A stretch of 64,000 nucleotides of DNA from positions 20,874 through 84,873 of the forward strand of contig JAISBU010000027.1 of the NCBI GenBank assembly GCA_031266015.1. Reading direction: 5' to 3'. Source of the DNA: Prevotellaceae bacterium (GTDB lineage: Bacteria > Bacteroidota > Bacteroidia > Bacteroidales > UBA932). Both the position numbers and the translations under genes were made by a program. The notes under the pieces are model-generated. The model saw only the letters and a list, made by a program, of their open reading frames with translations. It was not told the origin of the DNA and made no database searches. Below are positions 50,649-60,745 of the stretch, piece after piece (positions within the stretch are counted from its first letter, which is position 1; each line of letters begins with the position of its first letter).

Positions 50649-51596
50649 TTATAAAGGATACTCATCAAAGGCGTATAGCGCCGTTGACAAGTAGCGTTCC
50701 CCTGTGTCGGGAAGTAGTACTACGATTGTTTTGCCCTGGTGCTCGGGCATTCGTGCCAGCTGCATGGCGGCATAGGTTGCGGCTCCGGATGATATACCCA
50801 CAAGTAGCCCCTCTTGTTTTGCCAGTTCACGGCTGGTGCGGATGGCATCGTCGTTGCTTACAGGAATAATTTTGTCTACTACGCTTGGATTGTAATTCTT
50901 TGGAATAAATCCTGCGCCTATTCCCTGAATTTTGTGCGCACCGGGTGCATTTCCGCTCAACACAGCCGAGTCTTGCGGCTCTACCGCCACAATTTGTACG
51001 TTGGGATTGTGTGCCTTTAGTCCTTCGCCTGCACCTGTAATGGTACCTCCTGTCCCAACGCCTGAAACGAAAATATCAACCTTTCCGTTGGTGTCTTTCC
51101 ATATTTCTTCTGCCGTTGTCTTTTTATGAATGCTGGGGTTGGCCGGATTTTCAAACTGCTGCATGATGACAGAATTCTTATTGGCTTTCTGCAGCTCATA
51201 CGCTTTACTTATGGCACCTTTCATTCCGTCTGCTCCAGGTGTTAATACCAGCGTAGCGCCAAGAGCTTTGAGCAAATTGCGACGCTCTAAACTCATGGTT
51301 TCGGGCATGGTAAGCGTGAGCTTATAACCTTTTACGGCGGCTACAAATGCTAAACCTACTCCGGTGTTTCCGCTGGTCGGTTCTATAATCTCACTGTCGG
51401 GCTTAAGAATCCCTTTAGATTCTGCGTCCTCTATCATGGCCAACGCTGCGCGATCTTTTACGCTACCCAATGGGTTGAAGTATTCCAGCTTGAGCAGTAA
51501 ATTTGCCTTTAGTCCTTGTTGGCTAATGAATTTTTCAGGATTCAATAAAGGCGTGTTGCCTACCAGCTCTGTAAGGTTACGTACTATAGTACTCAT
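50649..51596 (-). CDS. cysK: cysteine synthase A (O-acetylserine sulfhydrylase)
   Basis: start at [18 protein letters not shown] (51596); PLP lysine in ..NPLGSVKDR..; ..TSGNTG.. Confidence 0.92.
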   Translation of the reverse strand: MSTIVRNLTELVGNTPLLNPEKFISQQGLKANLLLKLEYFNPLGSVKDRAALAMIEDAESKGILKPDSEIIEPTSGNTGVGLAFVAAVKGYKLTLTMPETMSLERRNLLKALGATLVLTPGADGMKGAISKAYELQKANKNSVIMQQFENPANPSIHKKTTAEEIWKDTNGKVDIFVSGVGTGGTITGAGEGLKAHNPNVQIVAVEPQDSAVLSGNAPGAHKIQGIGAGFIPKNYNPSVVDKIIPVSNDDAIRTSRELAKQEGLLVGISSGAATYAAMQLARMPEHQGKTIVVLLPDTGERYLSTALYAFDEYPL

Positions 51597-51630
51597 AATG
51601 TTTGATGATTTTAGATGATTTTTGATAACG

Positions 51631-51638
51631 CAAAGGTA
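51631..51638 (-). promoter_or_regulatory. -7 box TACCTTTG (minus strand) upstream of cysK
   Basis: CAAAGGTA on the plus strand, 35 nt upstream of the ATG at 51596. Confidence 0.45.
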
Positions 51639-51691
51639 GCAATGCTGATTTACCCGCACCATACCATAAGTAGGGTATTTTTCAGCTGGGC

Positions 51692-52348
51692 TTAAATTTC
51701 GTAGTCGGCGGCATTTACTAACCCCATACGCATAGCGTGACGGCTTGCCTCATACGCTGTGTTGACTTCCAGCTTGCGAAAAATATTTTTGCGGTGCGTC
51801 ATTATGGTGTGCATGCTCAGGTTGCGAAGGTGGGCTATTTCCCTGCTACTTTTACCTAACGACAGCAACTTTAAAATTTCCATTTCTGTTTTGGTGAGTG
51901 GTGTATTCTCTTTTTGAATCTCGTCGGCTGAGTTCAGCAGCTCTTGCGTTCTTGAGCAAAAGTAGCGCTTGCCTTGCATGGCAAATTGCAGCACCTTAAC
52001 AATTTCTTGACCGGAGCAAGACTTAAATACTATTCCGACGTTGTGAGTTTTTAGTGAAACTTGTCGTACAAAGTTGCTGCTTAACTCTGTTGATATAAGG
52101 AGGAGTACTCGCGCCGAGGTGAAACGATCGCACAAGTTGATTAAATCCTGCTGCTGTGCAAAATCGAACAGGGTGTAGTCAAGAAATACAATTGCGTTAG
52201 GGTGTTTAAGCAGTATTTGTATGAGCTCTGTCTTGTTGACTGCGCTCAACGTTGAATTACTAACGTTTTGTTGTTGAATGACATGTCTTAACCCAAGGTT
52301 GGTTAACTCTTGGTTGTCGGCAATTACTATAGGCGCTTTGTGGGACAT
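51692..52348 (-). CDS. orphan NarL/FixJ-type response regulator (receiver + LuxR HTH)
   Basis: start at [13 protein letters not shown] (52348); receiver Asp in IVFLDYTL; C-terminal ..[22 protein letters not shown].. HTH. Confidence 0.8.
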   Translation of the reverse strand: MSHKAPIVIADNQELTNLGLRHVIQQQNVSNSTLSAVNKTELIQILLKHPNAIVFLDYTLFDFAQQQDLINLCDRFTSARVLLLISTELSSNFVRQVSLKTHNVGIVFKSCSGQEIVKVLQFAMQGKRYFCSRTQELLNSADEIQKENTPLTKTEMEILKLLSLGKSSREIAHLRNLSMHTIMTHRKNIFRKLEVNTAYEASRHAMRMGLVNAADYEI

Positions 52349-52410
52349 TAACAAACGATATGTGTAGGTACACCAATCCAACATGAGTTGATTAGCTGGA
52401 TTTTGTCGGA

Positions 52411-52418
52411 CAAAGATA
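52411..52418 (-). promoter_or_regulatory. -7 box TATCTTTG (minus strand) upstream of the LuxR-type regulator
   Basis: CAAAGATA on the plus strand, 63 nt upstream of the ATG at 52348. Confidence 0.4.
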
Positions 52419-52938
52419 ATCTTTTTAGAGATACGTATAACAATGGCGAGAAAGTAAACAGGCATCCAAGTATTGCTGAACCTTAAGCAGCTTTATAAGT
52501 CGAAAGTTAAATTCAAGGTCTTGAGCCGATGCTTTTACTCAAAGTTAAAAAACTATTTTGCAAATTTTTTTTGAGCGAAAGCTCAAAGATAGTCCCTTAA
52601 ACTTTTGCTACCCTTTGTCAGCTCTTATCCTGTGGAGTTACTAACAACGCTCGTTGATAAAGAAAGATGCAGAAAAGTGCAGCTCGATAAGATATAGCTT
52701 GTAATTTCGTAGCGTCAAAGGGGTGCAATTTTTCTTTTTGGATTTATCTTGATCTTTTCGCGAATTTTTTTCGCAACTCAGTATTAAATTTATAGGTTAG
52801 GTTATTTGACCTGAGGGGTGGAACAGGATTTTTTTGAGGAATGAAAGAATCTTGAGGGATTCCATCGCATTTAGCAACTATTTGATAAACAACAATTTAT
52901 TCGACATACATATAGATCATTTTTACTAATTAAAGGTC

Positions 52939-55581
52939 ATGAAAGTGGAATTTTTCGAAGGCTTGGCTGTGAAGCAAGGAGGAGCAATGGCTGATGCCAA
53001 CAAAAAGAAGGAGGAAAAGCAAGAACCCAAGATTGTGAAGGAGGAGGTAAAAACCTACACGCAAGAGGACGCCGTTGCCGCCAGCAAAGAATACTTTGAG
53101 GGCGATGAGTTGGCTGCTACGGTTTGGGTTAGTAAATATGCCGTAAAAGATTCTTACGGAAATATTTACGAGCGTACTCCGGAGGATATGCACTGGCGCC
53201 TAGCCAAGGAAATTGGGCGCATAGAGAAGAAGTATCCTAATCCTATGACCGCACAGGAAATTTTTGAGCTGCTGGATAAATTCCGTTACATCGTTCCACA
53301 GGGTGGACCCATGACCGGAATTGGTAACAAGCATCAGATAGCGTCACTTTCCAACTGCTTTGTAATTGGCACCAATCCCTCCGCCGATTCATACGGTGGT
53401 ATTTTCCGTATTGACGAAGAGCAGGTACAGCTTATGAAACGTCGTGGTGGCGTGGGACATGATTTGTCGCACATTCGCCCCAGCGGAACGCCCGTACTTA
53501 ACAGCGCCCTTAACTCAACCGGCATTGTGCCTTTCATGGAGCGCTACTCGAACTCTACCCGTGAGGTGGCTATGGATGGTCGTCGGGGTGCGCTTATGCT
53601 TAGCGTAAGCATTAAGCATCCGGATGCCGAAAAGTTCATTGACGCTAAAATGCAGAGCGGCAAGGTTACCGGCGCCAATGTGTCGGTAAAGATTGACGAT
53701 GAGTTCATGGAGTGCGTAAGATCCGGCAAGGACTTCGTTCAGAAATATCCGATTGATGCTGATACGCCAAAGTACAGCTACGAGGTTAGCGCCACAAATT
53801 TGTGGAAGAAAATTATTCACAACGCATGGAAGAGCGCTGAGCCCGGTGTCTTATTCTGGGATACCATAATTAAAAATTCGGTGCCTGACTGCTATGCCGA
53901 TTTGGGCTTCCGCACGGTGTCTACCAACCCATGCGGCGAGATTCCTTTGTGCCCGTACGATAGCTGCCGCCTGGTGGCTATTAACCTGTACAGCTATGTA
54001 GAAAATCCGTTTACTTCAAAGGCAGCGTTCAATACCGGGCTTTACAAGGAGCACGTGCATAAGGCGATGCGCATTATGGATGACGTGATTGACCTTGAGC
54101 TGGAGAAAATTGACGCCATTACGGATAAGATTGATGCTGACCCTGAGCCGGCAGACATTAAGCTGGTTGAGCGTAACTTGTGGAAGAAAATTCGCGAAAA
54201 GGCTATCGCCGGACGTCGTACTGGTTTGGGTATTACCGCAGAAGGTGATATGCTGGCTGCCTTGGGCTTGCGCTACGGAACAGATGAAGCTATTAACTTC
54301 TCGGTTGAAACGCAAAAAACATTGGCCGTTGAGGCTTACAGAGCCTCTGTAGCTATGGCTAAGGAGCGTGGAGCGTTTAGCATTTACGATGCAAAGCGGG
54401 AGGAAAATAATCCAATGATTGGCCGCATACGTGAGGCAGATCCTGAGCTGTATAAGGAAATGACCCGGCACGGCCGTCGTAACATTGCCATGCTTACCAT
54501 AGCACCCACCGGAACCACCAGCCTTATGACGCAAACAACTTCGGGTATTGAGCCAGTGTTTTTGCCCTACTACATGCGTCGCCGTAAAATAAACCACAAC
54601 GATAAAAATGTAAAGGTGGCCTTTGTGGATGAAGTGGGTGATGCTTTTGAAGAGTTCCCGGTATTCCATCATAAGTTTGAAACCTGGCTGGGAGAGAACG
54701 GCTACAACGTTGAAGAAATAAAGAGCTCCAGCAAGGAGTTTATCCAGGCGATTGTAGAAAAATCCCCTTACCATAAGGCAACCTCAAATGATATTGACTG
54801 GGTTGCTAAGGTAAAAATGCAGGGTCTTATGCAGCAATGGGTCGACCATTCAATCAGCGTAACCGTAAACCTGCCCAATGATATTAGCGAGGAAATGGTA
54901 GCCAGGGTTTACCAGACAGCGTGGGAAAGCGGCTGTAAAGGCATTACCGTTTATCGTGACGGCTCACGTAATGGCGTACTTGTTGCTGCCGATGATAAGA
55001 AGAAGAAGAAAAAAGACGATGAGGCTGCGGCAATGCCTGCTAAGCGTCCAGATGAGCTGGAGGCAGATCTTATTCGCTTCAAAAACGGCTCGGAAGAGTG
55101 GATTGCTTTTGTTGGCCTGTACAACGGAAAGCCTTACGAGATATTTACCGGAGTGGCAGCGGAGGATGGCTTGTGGCTTCCAAAGTCTGTAAACAAGGGT
55201 AAAATTGTAAAGGTTAACGATCCTGTCAACGGTAAGCGTTATGACTGGCAGTACACCGACTCTCGTGGTATTTTGCAAACCGTAGCGGGTATTTCATACA
55301 TGTTCAACAAGGAGTTCTGGAATTACGCCCGGTTTATTTCGGGCGTGCTGCGTGCGGGAGTTCCTATTGTAGATGTGGTAAGCATTGTAGATGGCTTGCA
55401 CTTGAGTGACGAATCTATTAACACATGGAAAAATGGTGTAGAGCGTACGTTGAAACGCTACATTACAAACGGCACTAGGGCTAAGGCCGGTCAAAAATGC
55501 CCTGAGTGCGGCTCTGATGAGCTGATATACCGGGAGGGTTGCTTGACTTGCCAAAGCTGTGGACACTCTAAGTGTGGATAA
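52939..55581 (+). CDS. nrdJ: adenosylcobalamin-dependent (class II) ribonucleotide reductase
   Basis: 880 aa; ..TNPCGEIPL.. active-site motif; RNR N-terminal ..GDELAATVWVSKYA..; C-terminal Cys-rich ..CPECGSDEL..CLTCQSCGHSKCG. Confidence 0.92.
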   Translation: MKVEFFEGLAVKQGGAMADANKKKEEKQEPKIVKEEVKTYTQEDAVAASKEYFEGDELAATVWVSKYAVKDSYGNIYERTPEDMHWRLAKEIGRIEKKYPNPMTAQEIFELLDKFRYIVPQGGPMTGIGNKHQIASLSNCFVIGTNPSADSYGGIFRIDEEQVQLMKRRGGVGHDLSHIRPSGTPVLNSALNSTGIVPFMERYSNSTREVAMDGRRGALMLSVSIKHPDAEKFIDAKMQSGKVTGANVSVKIDDEFMECVRSGKDFVQKYPIDADTPKYSYEVSATNLWKKIIHNAWKSAEPGVLFWDTIIKNSVPDCYADLGFRTVSTNPCGEIPLCPYDSCRLVAINLYSYVENPFTSKAAFNTGLYKEHVHKAMRIMDDVIDLELEKIDAITDKIDADPEPADIKLVERNLWKKIREKAIAGRRTGLGITAEGDMLAALGLRYGTDEAINFSVETQKTLAVEAYRASVAMAKERGAFSIYDAKREENNPMIGRIREADPELYKEMTRHGRRNIAMLTIAPTGTTSLMTQTTSGIEPVFLPYYMRRRKINHNDKNVKVAFVDEVGDAFEEFPVFHHKFETWLGENGYNVEEIKSSSKEFIQAIVEKSPYHKATSNDIDWVAKVKMQGLMQQWVDHSISVTVNLPNDISEEMVARVYQTAWESGCKGITVYRDGSRNGVLVAADDKKKKKKDDEAAAMPAKRPDELEADLIRFKNGSEEWIAFVGLYNGKPYEIFTGVAAEDGLWLPKSVNKGKIVKVNDPVNGKRYDWQYTDSRGILQTVAGISYMFNKEFWNYARFISGVLRAGVPIVDVVSIVDGLHLSDESINTWKNGVERTLKRYITNGTRAKAGQKCPECGSDELIYREGCLTCQSCGHSKCG

Positions 55582-55646
55582 ATCACGTTAGGTAGTAATA
55601 GAAAGAGCGGAACGTATGTGTTCCACTCTTTTTTGTTGCTGCAATA

Positions 55647-55690
55647 CGCTACGCACACGCATCGGTAAATCGTAAAATTGTAAATGGTAG
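55647..55690. repeat. tail-type repeat module
   Basis: cgctacgcacacgcatcggtaaatcgtaaaattgtaaatggtag. Confidence 0.55.
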
Positions 55691-55710
55691 TTGGATGTGG
55701 TAAAAATGGC

Positions 55711-55718
55711 TACATTTG
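55711..55718 (+). promoter_or_regulatory. -7 box TACATTTG upstream of tag
   Basis: 49 nt upstream of the ATG at 55767. Confidence 0.45.
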
Positions 55719-55766
55719 CATCCTGTAGCACAACTATTCACCCCTTATAATATCCACATTGCAACC

Positions 55767-56300
55767 ATGAGCTACTGCGAGTATGTAAAAGACCTCCCTG
55801 CTGATAATCTGCACAAGCAATACCACGATTTCAGGTACGGATTTTCCATTGAGGATGACAATGAGCTATTTGGTCGATTGGTTTTAGAAATCAACCAGGC
55901 GGGGCTCAGCTGGAACACCATACTGGCTAAGGAGCAGAACTTTAGAAGGGCATACAAGGGCTTTGACATTAAAAAAATTGCTAACTTTACGTTAAAAGAT
56001 AGAGAACGCCTTTTGGGTGATGCAGGAATAATTCGTAACAGACTTAAGGTAAACGCAGCCATAGAAAATGCGAAAACAATAGTGTTGCTGCAAAAGGAAT
56101 GCGGCTCCTTCAAAGGATGGTTGGAAGCCCATCATCCAAAGAGCAAAGAGAACTGGGTTAAGCTGTTTAAGAAAACATTTCTATTTACCGGAGGCGAAAT
56201 CGTAAATGAGTTTTTGATGAGCGCCGGATATTTGCCCGGAGCACATGTTCCGGAGTGTCATGTATACAAAACGCTTCAAAAGTTAACCGAAATTTCATAG
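55767..56300 (+). CDS. tag: DNA-3-methyladenine glycosylase I
   Basis: start at MSYCEYV..; ..YHDFRYGF...LFGRLVLEINQAGLSWNTIL.. typical of Tag. Confidence 0.9.
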   Translation: MSYCEYVKDLPADNLHKQYHDFRYGFSIEDDNELFGRLVLEINQAGLSWNTILAKEQNFRRAYKGFDIKKIANFTLKDRERLLGDAGIIRNRLKVNAAIENAKTIVLLQKECGSFKGWLEAHHPKSKENWVKLFKKTFLFTGGEIVNEFLMSAGYLPGAHVPECHVYKTLQKLTEIS

Positions 56301-56363
56301 CTGACTATTTTCAAGCTGAAATCACCGTAAGGCTGTAAAATAAAAAAACCGGGGATTTATCTA

Positions 56364-56672
56364 ATGAAGACAGTAACCGTAACCTTTAAGGAGCGCCACG
56401 AAACCTGCAAAACCACGCCATTGGGCCATAAACATAAGGAGGTTAAATACACCTGCATTGCAGGACATGTGGAGATTCTGCAGCGTGTAATGCACATTGT
56501 AGCGCGGGGAAGAACGTATACTATTCCCGTCAACGCAATATCCTCCATTACAAGCAACGAGCATATTGTATGCATAACCAGCAAGGATATCTTCCTGGAA
56601 ATCAGAACTTTCAATCCGGCGCCCATAGTGGAGGATTTTACCGCTATTATCAACAGCAACGAAGGGAATTAA
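56364..56672 (+). CDS. hypothetical small protein (weak call)
   Basis: 102-aa ORF with a plausible composition; two antisense ORFs of equal length are also open here. Confidence 0.35.
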   Translation: MKTVTVTFKERHETCKTTPLGHKHKEVKYTCIAGHVEILQRVMHIVARGRTYTIPVNAISSITSNEHIVCITSKDIFLEIRTFNPAPIVEDFTAIINSNEGN

Positions 56673-56840
56673 CCCTGTACTTACCAACAAAATACGAAGC
56701 CATGCCTCACGTATTATACTACCCTTTCATGCAGGAACTTTTGGCGAAGCCCCCATGCAAGCCGGAGTTGACTTTTACGTTGTACCGAAAGTCTCCATGC
56801 AGCTGGTAGCCATGGCCTACTGCACCAAGCACGGGCTTTG

Positions 56841-56946
56841 GCAAAGCGAAGGCTCTCAAGGTTGCACCATGCTGCCTTGAGATGCTTCGCTTCGCCCAGC
56901 AGGACAACACACACGCACCGGTCAATGGTCAAATGGTAAATAATAG
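56841..56946. repeat. REP-like unit (GCTTCGCTTCGCCCAGCAGGACAAC module plus tail)
   Basis: same architecture as 4064-4136 and, inverted, 21283-21390. Confidence 0.7.
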
Positions 56947-57067
56947 TATAGGGTTTAACAAGAATTTACAAGCGTATCAAATATACAATTACCTGTATAT
57001 CAAAATTTTACACCGCGGAACAGCAAGCTGTGCCTTAAACCGGTTTTTCTCTAAGGCGCAAAATGAT

Positions 57068-57075
57068 TACCTTTG
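57068..57075 (+). promoter_or_regulatory. -7 box TACCTTTG 7 nt before the ATG at 57082
   Basis: TAnnTTTG match. Confidence 0.4.
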
Positions 57076-57081
57076 TTTCTT

Positions 57082-57945
57082 ATGGCTAATAAGAAACCAT
57101 ACATACACAAGCTTCGCAGCAAGTACAGGCTGATCATTTACAACGACCAAACGTATGCCGAAGTATGGTACATGCGCCTGTCGCGCCTCAACGTGATGAG
57201 CATCGTAGGGATACTCGGGCTGCTACTGGTAGGCATAGTGGTTTCACTTATCGCGTTTACGCCTTTACGCGAGTTTATTCCCGGATACCCTGACCGGCAA
57301 ACCCATCGTGAAATTGTTACCAACGCTTTGCGTCTTGACTCTTTGGAGCAGCAAGTGCAACAATGGGTTTTGTACAACGACAACATCAGCCGGATTTTAT
57401 CCGGCAAAGAGCCTTTAAACATAGAGGGCGAGAGCGACACCACACTGGCAAGGCGCTATCGTTCAATCGTAATGACACGCTCTGCGGAAGATTCTTTATT
57501 TCGCAAGCAGGTGGAAGAAATGGAGCAGTTTAACCTTACCGTATCCAGCGCTCCTGACAAGCCGCAAGATTTCGCCAGCTTACACTTCTTTCCACCTGTT
57601 CGTGGCAAAGTCATAGAAAAGTTCAGCCCTCGAAGCGGAAATTTCGGAGTTGCCATATCCACGCAGACCAACAGCACTGTTGTTACGGCATTGGAGGGAA
57701 CCGTTATTGCAGCCTTCTGGACGCTTGACATGGGCTACGTTGTTCAAGTGCAACACGGCCTTGGGCTAACCACCACCTACAAAAAGCTGGGACAATCTAT
57801 AAAAAAAGTGGGCGCTCACCTGGAAGTAGGAGAAGTCGTTGGTATGATAGGAGCGGTAAAATCCAAAACGAAGACCCCTATTCTTGTGTTCGAAATTTGG
57901 CATAACGGAACGCCAGTAAACCCCGAGCAGCATATTATTTTCTAA
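57082..57945 (+). CDS. M23-family (LytM) peptidase with N-terminal TM anchor
   Basis: start at MANKKPYI..; TM helix; C-terminal ..GNFGVAIS...GYVVQVQHGLGLTTTYKKL.. Confidence 0.87.
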   Translation: MANKKPYIHKLRSKYRLIIYNDQTYAEVWYMRLSRLNVMSIVGILGLLLVGIVVSLIAFTPLREFIPGYPDRQTHREIVTNALRLDSLEQQVQQWVLYNDNISRILSGKEPLNIEGESDTTLARRYRSIVMTRSAEDSLFRKQVEEMEQFNLTVSSAPDKPQDFASLHFFPPVRGKVIEKFSPRSGNFGVAISTQTNSTVVTALEGTVIAAFWTLDMGYVVQVQHGLGLTTTYKKLGQSIKKVGAHLEVGEVVGMIGAVKSKTKTPILVFEIWHNGTPVNPEQHIIF

Positions 57946-57971
57946 CCACAAGCCCATCCTTATTCTCTCGA

Positions 57972-59135
57972 ATGAAAAAGCGCATTGCAATTCTAGGTTC
58001 TACCGGCTCCATAGGCACGCAAGCCCTTGATGTTATTGCACAGCATGCTGACAAATACGAGGTAGAGGCGCTTACGGCAAATAACAACCTGGACTTACTG
58101 GTAAAGCAGGCCAAACAGCTTCAACCCAATGCCGTAGCCATTGTAAATGAGGCGCTTTACCTACCCCTGAAGGAAGCCTTGGCAGACGAACCAATAAAGG
58201 TCTTTGCCGGAGCAAAAGCGCTAAACGAACTAGTGGCGCTACCCAGCGTAGATTTGGTAGTATCGTCTCTTGTAGGATTCGCAGGTGTAGCGCCGACCAT
58301 GGCTGCTATTGAAGCTAAGAAAAACATTGCGCTGGCCAACAAGGAAACGTTGGTGGTAGCAGGAGACATTATCAGCAAGCTAGCCATTGAAAACAGGGTA
58401 AACATTTTACCTATAGACTCGGAGCATTCTGCCATCTTTCAATGCATAATGGGCGAAATTGCTCCCATAGAGAAAGTTTATCTTACTGCCTCCGGCGGGC
58501 CATTTTTAAATTCGGACATCGCGGAGCTACCTCATGTAACCAAAGCGCAGGCCCTAAAGCATCCCCAGTGGAGCATGGGCGCCAAGGTTACCATAGACTC
58601 CGCAAGCATGATGAACAAAGGGTTTGAGGTAATCGAAGCCCGCTGGCTTTTCAACCTTAAGCCGGAGCAAATCGAGGTATTAGTACATCCACAAAGTGTG
58701 GTGCATTCGATGGTACAGTTTGCCGACGGAAGCATAAAAGCGCAGCTGGGAGCTCCCGATATGCGCATACCTATTGCTCTTGCATTAAGCTATCCAGAAC
58801 GTCTGCCACTGAACACGCCCCGATTTAACTTTATTGAAAAGCCGAACCTGACTTTTCAGACTCCAGATACCAAAAAGTTCCGTTGTCTGGCATTAGCCTA
58901 TGAAGCAATGCACCGCGGAGGGAATGCGGCTTGCGCCCTCAATGCGGCCAATGAAGTAGCAGTAGCAGCATTTTTAGACGAGAAAATCGGATTCAACCAT
59001 ATAGCGGACATTGTAGAAGCTTGTCTGCAAAGAAATGATTTTATTGCCAACCCGACTTTGGAAGATTATTTGGAAACCGATAGCAGAATAAGAAAGGTAG
59101 CGAAAGAGTTGGTGATAGCAAACAAAAACACTTAA
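57972..59135 (+). CDS. dxr: 1-deoxy-D-xylulose-5-phosphate reductoisomerase
   Basis: 387 aa; ..ILGSTGSIGTQALDV.. NADPH motif; ..LPIDSEHSAIFQC.. Confidence 0.96.
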   Translation: MKKRIAILGSTGSIGTQALDVIAQHADKYEVEALTANNNLDLLVKQAKQLQPNAVAIVNEALYLPLKEALADEPIKVFAGAKALNELVALPSVDLVVSSLVGFAGVAPTMAAIEAKKNIALANKETLVVAGDIISKLAIENRVNILPIDSEHSAIFQCIMGEIAPIEKVYLTASGGPFLNSDIAELPHVTKAQALKHPQWSMGAKVTIDSASMMNKGFEVIEARWLFNLKPEQIEVLVHPQSVVHSMVQFADGSIKAQLGAPDMRIPIALALSYPERLPLNTPRFNFIEKPNLTFQTPDTKKFRCLALAYEAMHRGGNAACALNAANEVAVAAFLDEKIGFNHIADIVEACLQRNDFIANPTLEDYLETDSRIRKVAKELVIANKNT

Positions 59136-59278
59136 AGTTTAACTTCAAATAGACGCTATAACGTTGAATGTGAAGTTTATTTTATGCTCCTACTTAATGG
59201 AAGTTTGAGAATAATTTGGTTGGCAATCGGCAACGGGAGTTGATTCTGGATTATGAATTGTAAATTATTAATTATCAA

Positions 59279-60670
59279 ATGGGTATTGTTATTCAAATAG
59301 CGCAGCTACTACTTAGCTTATCGCTGCTGGTGTTGGTTCATGAGCTGGGACACTTCTTGGTTTCACGCGCTTTTAAGGTCAGAGTCAAGAAATTTTACTT
59401 ATTCTTCAACCCGTGGGCTTCCCTACTGCGCGCAAAACGTATAGACGGAAAGTGGCAGCTGAGCTGGTTCTCAAAGAAATCTCCAGAAAAATGGGAAGGC
59501 TATCCCGAAAACACGGAGTGGGGTTTGGGCTGGCTACCACTGGGCGGTTACTGCTCAATTGCAGGAATGATAGATGAATCCATGGACACTGAGGCCATGA
59601 AGCAACCCGTGCAACCCTGGGAGTTCCGCTCACGACCGGCATGGCAGCGCTTTTTTATCATTACAGGCGGCGTTATTGTAAACTTTGTAACAGCGTTGGT
59701 AATTTATGCAATGGCGTTGTTTACATGGGGAGAAGAGTATTTGCCTATTAAAAATGTAACATGGGGATACGCGTACTGCCAGGCAGCTAAAAATGCCGGA
59801 TTTGTTGACGGCGACAAGATTTTGCAGGTTGACAACGTTGAGCCGGTAACCAATGGGGAGGCTGTAGGGGCAATTCTACTTGCTGACGGAAAAACCGTAG
59901 TCGTTGATCGTGAAGGAGAGAAGGTAAACATAGCGCTACCGCATGATTTTTCACAGCGAATACTCGCGTCAAAAACAGAGATGTTCTCAGCTGAGCGCAT
60001 CCCGTTCGTTATAGAAAGCGTTGCTGACGGTTCTCCCGCACAAGAGGCTAAGCTGCAACCGGGCGATAGCATTGTTGGCGTCAACGGTCAGGCTACAGCG
60101 TTTATGCACCAGCTAACCGACAGCCTTCGTCATCATGCCGGAAAGCCGGTTATGCTTACGCTGTATCGTAAAGGAGAGCTGCTTGCTGAAAGTTTAGTAG
60201 TTAACTCCGAAGGAAAGCTCGGCGTGTATACAAAATCACCACTCCACTATTTTACTACCGTAAAACGGGCGTACGGATTTTTAGAAGCTATTCCTGCCGG
60301 GATATCCAAAGGATTTAACCAGCTGGTGAGCTACGTGAAGCAGTTTAAAGTTGTTTTTACCAAAGAAGGCGTAACAAACTTGGGAGGATTCGGCACTATT
60401 GGCGGCCTCTTTTCTACGGCATGGAATTGGTATCACTTTTGGAGCATGACAGCGTTTTTGTCAATCATACTGGCATTCATGAATATACTTCCGATACCGG
60501 CATTGGATGGGGGTCACATGATATTCATTCTCTACGAAATGATAGCTAGGTGCAAGCCAAACGAAAAGTTTATGGAGTATGCGCAAATGGCGGGTATGTT
60601 CCTGCTGCTGGCGCTGCTTATTTTCGCCAATGGAAATGATTTGGTGAGATGGTTAAGCAAGTTTTTCTAA
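59279..60670 (+). CDS. rseP: RIP metalloprotease RseP (site-2 protease, M50)
   Basis: 463 aa; HELGH zinc motif; PDZ domains; C-terminal ..LPIPALDGGH.. Confidence 0.92.
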   Translation: MGIVIQIAQLLLSLSLLVLVHELGHFLVSRAFKVRVKKFYLFFNPWASLLRAKRIDGKWQLSWFSKKSPEKWEGYPENTEWGLGWLPLGGYCSIAGMIDESMDTEAMKQPVQPWEFRSRPAWQRFFIITGGVIVNFVTALVIYAMALFTWGEEYLPIKNVTWGYAYCQAAKNAGFVDGDKILQVDNVEPVTNGEAVGAILLADGKTVVVDREGEKVNIALPHDFSQRILASKTEMFSAERIPFVIESVADGSPAQEAKLQPGDSIVGVNGQATAFMHQLTDSLRHHAGKPVMLTLYRKGELLAESLVVNSEGKLGVYTKSPLHYFTTVKRAYGFLEAIPAGISKGFNQLVSYVKQFKVVFTKEGVTNLGGFGTIGGLFSTAWNWYHFWSMTAFLSIILAFMNILPIPALDGGHMIFILYEMIARCKPNEKFMEYAQMAGMFLLLALLIFANGNDLVRWLSKFF

Positions 60671-60745
60671 TTGTAAAGCTTTCATTATTAGTAAGTTAAT
60701 AATCTTCGATTTGGAATCTGAAGCTTGGATTTTGAAATTACATAA

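Noticed and set aside
52466-52938. Cobalamin riboswitch or NrdR boxes upstream of nrdJ
   Set aside because: No B12-box-like core (GCCACTG) or paired NrdR-box palindromes were visible by eye. This cannot be excluded without a covariance-model scan.
54016-54774. 252-aa minus-strand ORF
   Set aside because: It is antisense to the class II RNR gene.
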